A program made the translations under genes and the position numbers. The notes beneath the pieces are model-generated. The model did not search any database. It was not told where the DNA came from and was given only the letters and a program-made list of their open reading frames with translations. Positions 34,644 through 38,874 of a stretch of DNA of 38,874 nt are shown one piece after another (positions within the stretch are counted from its first letter, which is position 1; each line of letters begins with the position of its first letter). The stretch is from a virus (Duplodnaviria > Caudoviricetes): positions 1-38,874 of the IMG/VR virus record IMGVR_UViG_3300033067_001151; one strand, written 5' to 3'.

Positions 34644-36343
34644 TAATACTCCTGCGTAGATAAATCTACTGTATATGGTTGTAGACAACAGCCATTAGGG
34701 CTTACAAAGCCAAACTTTTTACCATTAGCATTTGACTGTCTGGCTTTTTCTACAATCAAAACAATATCACCCCCTACATCATCATAAGAAGTGTCTTTCT
34801 TTTCGGCGGCTTTAAGTTTATTCCACACTTTAAAGTGTAGTGCTGCCGTAAATTCTATGTCTTTAGATTCCCTTACAGAATCTTGATATCCAGTTTGCCC
34901 ACTAGTAAGCTGTGAACCGCCGATTAACAATTGATTATTTTTATTTGCCACCAACCTAATCTTTTCTACCATTTCTTTTAGTTGAAGATAACGTTGTGAG
35001 GTGTTTGACGGCAAAGGAATAACTTGTAAATAGTCGATAAATACGGCTACCGGCTTTCCTAGCGCAGCTAGTCTATTCATAGCAGATAATACTTGGTCAA
35101 TTGTAGTTTGACTATCTACTACTCTTAGTTTTCTGGATGCTAATAGCTCTGCATATTTGTGACACGCAGGTAGTGACATATCTCTAATAGCTTGGTCTAT
35201 AAATAAGTCTTCTTCCCAGCCAGATTCTGTGTGCATTGTGCCGTCTAATGTCTTTACCATACGTATATTTAATTCCGATATAGGAAATTCGTAAGACAAA
35301 TACATTACCGTTAAATCTGTGTTCTGAGCAAGGTTTAGCGCCATATTAATCATCATAGCGGTTTTACCGTGGTTAGTTCTACCAGAAATAACTACAAGTC
35401 CTGAGTTTGGAAACTGAACAAACCTATCTACATTAGAAAACCCAGTTGGATAATACTTATATTGGCGGCTGTGTAAAGCTTGCAAATCCATAGGATTAAG
35501 TTCGCCGTCTAACGGCTGGTCTAGTTCTACTTCTTCTTTTCCTAAGAATAAACTTTTAATTAATTCCATATCGGCTATATCAGCAATATCAAATCCTTTA
35601 GGAAGCTCGCTGACGTTTATTTTATATAATTTAGAAGGAGTAGCCGTTTCTATTAATATTGTTTGAAGTTCTTCCATAGCTTTTAATCCTGCTTCATCGG
35701 CATCAGCCCATAAAGTTACTTCAGTACCTTTTAAAATACTCCAGTCTGTCTTAGATACATTATTACTACCACCAACCCAGGATAGTACATTAGATTTCTT
35801 GGCTATTTTTGCCGCGTAATCTGCTGCCTTCTCACCTTCCACAATGAGCGTCGGCTTGCTAGGGTCAAAGGATTCAATTCTATAAGGCATATTAATGCCA
35901 GATGGGCGCGAAAGGACATATTTATTATCAAGTCCCAAGGATATGGGGCGTATTTGTTTCTCATCTTTATCTCCAGTCCTAAGTATATAGAACATTAGTT
36001 GTTCATCCCTATTGTAGTAAGGGTATTTAATTGATTTATCGAAGAGTTCTTTTAAGTCGCCAGTCCAAACTCCTTTGTCGTTCCACGGCTTAAATTTCTC
36101 TTCTGGTACTTTAATAGTGGTTTTCATCTGACCCTTTTTAAAATAATGTACTTGCCGCTTTGCCCACTCGCATGAGGAGTTGTTGCATTGCCATACAACA
36201 CATTCTTCTTCTCCAAATACGCTAAGGCACTTTTGGTTAGCTTTATGTCGTTTAGTTCTATTAGCTTCACACTGAGGGCATGTTGTGTTATATTTGCTCT
36301 CGGCTTTGTATTCAATTCCATTGTCCTCCAATATGTTTTTCAT
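34643..36343 (-). CDS. Primase-helicase (Zn finger, TOPRIM, DnaB-like SF4 helicase)
   Basis: CPQC...C....C; VEGEKAA, DADEAG; SGRTNHGKT, YLSYE, FIDYLQ, SQL. Confidence 0.93.
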   Translation of the reverse strand: MKNILEDNGIEYKAESKYNTTCPQCEANRTKRHKANQKCLSVFGEEECVVWQCNNSSCEWAKRQVHYFKKGQMKTTIKVPEEKFKPWNDKGVWTGDLKELFDKSIKYPYYNRDEQLMFYILRTGDKDEKQIRPISLGLDNKYVLSRPSGINMPYRIESFDPSKPTLIVEGEKAADYAAKIAKKSNVLSWVGGSNNVSKTDWSILKGTEVTLWADADEAGLKAMEELQTILIETATPSKLYKINVSELPKGFDIADIADMELIKSLFLGKEEVELDQPLDGELNPMDLQALHSRQYKYYPTGFSNVDRFVQFPNSGLVVISGRTNHGKTAMMINMALNLAQNTDLTVMYLSYEFPISELNIRMVKTLDGTMHTESGWEEDLFIDQAIRDMSLPACHKYAELLASRKLRVVDSQTTIDQVLSAMNRLAALGKPVAVFIDYLQVIPLPSNTSQRYLQLKEMVEKIRLVANKNNQLLIGGSQLTSGQTGYQDSVRESKDIEFTAALHFKVWNKLKAAEKKDTSYDDVGGDIVLIVEKARQSNANGKKFGFVSPNGCCLQPYTVDLSTQEY

Positions 36344-36345
36344 TA

Positions 36346-36447
36346 TTATAGTTCTGAATTAGTTTCTTCACAGCTATTCACAGCAGTTTCGTTTAATTCA
36401 TCATGTTCTTCTTTATTGTAACACCCGCATGTTGTTCCTAAGCACAT
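36346..36447 (-). CDS. 33-aa Cys-rich acidic peptide (MCLGTTCGCYNKEEHDEL...)
   Basis: GGAGG SD; fills the gap between polymerase and primase. Confidence 0.5.
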   Translation of the reverse strand: MCLGTTCGCYNKEEHDELNETAVNSCEETNSEL

Positions 36448-36455
36448 ATTTCCTC

Positions 36456-38237
36456 CTATTTTGTTTCTTTCCAGTTATTTCCAACTTTAGCTTCACCTTT
36501 TAGTGGTATCCGAAGTTTGAAATGCTCACCTGATTCTACAATAGCACGCTCAATAAGCTGTGTCAACAATTTTATTTGCTCTGCATCATCTTTTATTATT
36601 ACTTGAAATTCATCATGATAAAACATTACTATTCTAGCATCAAGATTATTTTCTTTAATATAGTCATATAACCTACAATACGCCCATTTCATAGCTATTG
36701 ATCCTGCAGATTGTATTAAAGTATTTTTTAATTTGTGCATACCTCGCACATATAATTTTCTTTTGTCAAGCCCTATTATCCACGGATTTTTACTTTCATC
36801 TAAATCTTTTTTACCCCATTTTCCGGCTTTTAAAAATCCTCTTTTTTGTAGTGCCCACTCAATATCATCCAACAACATCTTAAGTCCATACCACGTTTCG
36901 TAGTGCATGTCAATAATTTCTTTTGCGCGGCTTTCAGAAACATTTAGTAGTGATGCCAGTTTAGTTGCTCCGCAGCCGTAAGCCATAGCATAGAACGGCG
37001 CTTTAGCCTCATTTCTAGTTACGCCCCAAGCATCGGCATTAAATTGGTGTACGTCCATTTCAAGCAAGTATTTGCCGTATAACCCATTGTCGTATTTTTG
37101 TGTATAATGACCTTCAATTCTAGCCTCTAATTGGCTGGCGTCACAACCAACTAATTTATATCCTTCTGGTACAGTAAATAAATCTTTAAACTCTGGCTGT
37201 ATGTTGGCGATAACGGCATGCCTAAAACGAGCCGTGTTTGTACCACAAGTGTATGAAAACATCTTTAGTTTACCAGTAATAGGGTCTGCTTTCTTTTTAA
37301 ACCCCTCTAATACACCTCGGCGATGTATGGCGTCTCTAAAATCCGATATAACTGCTGCAATGTGTAGTGGAACTCCGATAAGTGGGTCGTCCCTAAGACT
37401 TGGTGCTCCTTTTGGAGTCTTACTTTCTGGCTTCCAACCAACAGATAGTAGGTATTCAACTAGTTGCTTTACACTTGACGGCTCAAATTCTTTAGAATCT
37501 ATTTTGCAAAAATCCCCACAAGCATTGTATATAGTTGATGCAACTGAAGGTTTTCCACTTTTTGTTAAGTAGGAAATCTCTTTTCCTTGTATTACTTCTG
37601 GTTTTTTTAGGCTCTTTAATTGATAATTGATCTTCTCGTAAAGTTTGTTGTAGATATCCAGTTTGACATCTAGTTCCGTTAAATCGACTTGCCATTCTGA
37701 CCCCATTTCGCAGTTTATTTCGTATACTTTTTGTTCTAGCTTAATTGATTGACTCCAATCCCAGTTATCTTCCGAGAATTTATTCAAGCACTTATCTAAA
37801 AGCCGTTTATTGATTTTTACGTCTTCCGTACACCTATGTAGCATATCGGCGTTAAATATTTCCCACTGTTCTTGCTTCGGCTTCTCAATACCAAATACCT
37901 TGCCCCATTCGCCTAATCCATGTGTTGCTCTTTCGTTGGCGTATAACATCTGGCTACAAATAAATGTATCAAGGAAATTTGTTGGCGACCAATTAAATAG
38001 TTTTTTTAATAGTGGAAAATCGTACCCAATGATATTATGACCAGCAATTATAGATTTTTTACCCAAGTAATTAAGTGCATCTTTTATATTACCTTGCCTA
38101 GGAAGTAGTGGGGATTCATGCCATTGCTTTATAGTACCGTCAGGGTCACATGTTACAATACAGTGAACTTTAGTCGCCGTATCTAACAGCCCATTGGCTT
38201 CTATATCAACAACAGTAAAGTTAGCTGAATTATACAT
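36456..38237 (-). CDS. Family A DNA polymerase, T7-like
   Basis: Exo DIEANG, HNIIGYD; motif A DASQLEAR, motif B RNEAKAPFYAMAYG, motif C YHDE. Confidence 0.96.
   Translation of the reverse strand: MYNSANFTVVDIEANGLLDTATKVHCIVTCDPDGTIKQWHESPLLPRQGNIKDALNYLGKKSIIAGHNIIGYDFPLLKKLFNWSPTNFLDTFICSQMLYANERATHGLGEWGKVFGIEKPKQEQWEIFNADMLHRCTEDVKINKRLLDKCLNKFSEDNWDWSQSIKLEQKVYEINCEMGSEWQVDLTELDVKLDIYNKLYEKINYQLKSLKKPEVIQGKEISYLTKSGKPSVASTIYNACGDFCKIDSKEFEPSSVKQLVEYLLSVGWKPESKTPKGAPSLRDDPLIGVPLHIAAVISDFRDAIHRRGVLEGFKKKADPITGKLKMFSYTCGTNTARFRHAVIANIQPEFKDLFTVPEGYKLVGCDASQLEARIEGHYTQKYDNGLYGKYLLEMDVHQFNADAWGVTRNEAKAPFYAMAYGCGATKLASLLNVSESRAKEIIDMHYETWYGLKMLLDDIEWALQKRGFLKAGKWGKKDLDESKNPWIIGLDKRKLYVRGMHKLKNTLIQSAGSIAMKWAYCRLYDYIKENNLDARIVMFYHDEFQVIIKDDAEQIKLLTQLIERAIVESGEHFKLRIPLKGEAKVGNNWKETK
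38145..38221. repeat. Exact 77-nt direct repeat, copy 2
   Basis: Identical to nt 1-77. Confidence 0.95.
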
Positions 38238-38257
38238 TATCTCCCTTAGTGCAAATG

Positions 38258-38509
38258 TTAGTTTACTTTAACAGTATTCTTTGGCTGTTTAGTCCCAGCC
38301 CCACTTTCCTCAACTACTTGTGCTTGTTTCGCCTTTCCAAACGAATTAAGTTTTTTCATAAATAAAGCACCTATAATACCTAAATTCTTTTCTATTTGCA
38401 CTATATCTACTTTACGTTTCTCTACGGCTGCATCAGCAATCTCAATATCTGTTGCACGGTTTAGTAGATTTTGTAAAACAATTTGATAACTTCTTTCATC
38501 TAATGCCAT
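38258..38509 (-). CDS. Hypothetical protein MALDERSY..., allele B
   Basis: Homologue of 541-771; start set at 38509 by homology and AAGGG SD. Confidence 0.85.
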   Translation of the reverse strand: MALDERSYQIVLQNLLNRATDIEIADAAVEKRKVDIVQIEKNLGIIGALFMKKLNSFGKAKQAQVVEESGAGTKQPKNTVKVN

Positions 38510-38510
38510 A

Positions 38511-38843
38511 TTAACCCTTCCTACTACGTAAAAAATTAAATAAAATACGATCATCATTTTTATCAACAGAGTCCCTTATAACACCTTCCACTTCTTCTAT
38601 CAATACAGTAGCTCTGGTGTGCTCATCAACCCCTTCTAAATACCCGCATATGTCTATATACCTAATGTCAATCCCTAGTTCAACATCTAAAGAAAAAATA
38701 TCAAATGTTGTTAGAACTAACCAAATCTCTCGGCATTTTTTTAGTTGTGTGTACCTGCTCAGTTTGTTAAGTTCTTTCTGTTCTAAGATTGCTAGTTCGT
38801 TGTTTAGCATCTTAATTTTATCTTTAATCCGCTTAATTTTCAT
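38511..38843 (-). CDS. Hypothetical protein (allele B only)
   Basis: 110-aa ORF, ATGA-coupled to the upstream gene, GGGG SD; absent from allele A. Confidence 0.65.
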   Translation of the reverse strand: MKIKRIKDKIKMLNNELAILEQKELNKLSRYTQLKKCREIWLVLTTFDIFSLDVELGIDIRYIDICGYLEGVDEHTRATVLIEEVEGVIRDSVDKNDDRILFNFLRSRKG

Positions 38844-38874
38844 GAGACCCCCGTATTGTCATTTTTTCTAGCAT
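38840..38874 (-). CDS. 3' fragment of the allele-B homologue of 773-1015 (...ARKNDNTGVS*)
   Basis: Matches the AKKNDNTGVS C-terminus of the allele A gene; truncated at window edge. Confidence 0.75.
   Translation of the reverse strand, partial: ARKNDNTGVS

Noticed and set aside
2049-38871. Many antisense or alternative-frame ORFs in the track (e.g. 2049-2357, 12151-12618, 22491-23066, 31706-32170, 37201-37572)
   Set aside because: They are shadows of well-supported genes, with no motifs of their own
1-38874. Alternative genetic code (stop-codon reassignment)
   Set aside because: Core genes are full length under code 11, and TAA, TAG and TGA all end genes at tight junctions

Overview
A near-complete AT-rich podovirus-type (T7/BPP-1-like) phage genome. 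Nt 1-77 recur exactly at 38145-38221, so one genome circle is about 38,144 bp. Nt 38222-38874 look like a second, diverged allele of nt 78-807, probably an assembly bubble between two strains. The minus-strand arm (8280 down to 1, continuing 38237 down to 29527) carries small early genes, a GH24 endolysin, a ClpX-like ATPase, a T7-type endonuclease, a YqaJ exonuclease, family A DNA polymerase, primase-helicase, an HNH endonuclease, an RNase H-like exonuclease, a lipoprotein ClpP-like protease, an HslV/proteasome-beta-like Thr protease, dUTPase, DUF5664 and an SbmA/BacA-like transporter domain. The plus-strand arm (9635-29525) carries terminase, portal, scaffold, capsid, tail, internal virion, fibre and holin genes, driven by near-consensus sigma70 promoters. 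No RNA polymerase, integrase, tRNA or CRISPR array was seen. Most notable: (1) a phage-encoded proteolysis toolkit (ClpX, lipidated ClpP, HslV-like protease, peptide importer); (2) two CtrA-box-type promoters (TTAA-N7-TTAAC) upstream of the arm that encodes ClpX; (3) two promoter-driven structured RNAs upstream of terL that could form an RBS switch; (4) an HNH gene ending in a diverged copy of the helicase C-terminus; (5) apparent enrichment of GCCG/CGGC. All family calls are by-eye motif recognition; no searches were run.
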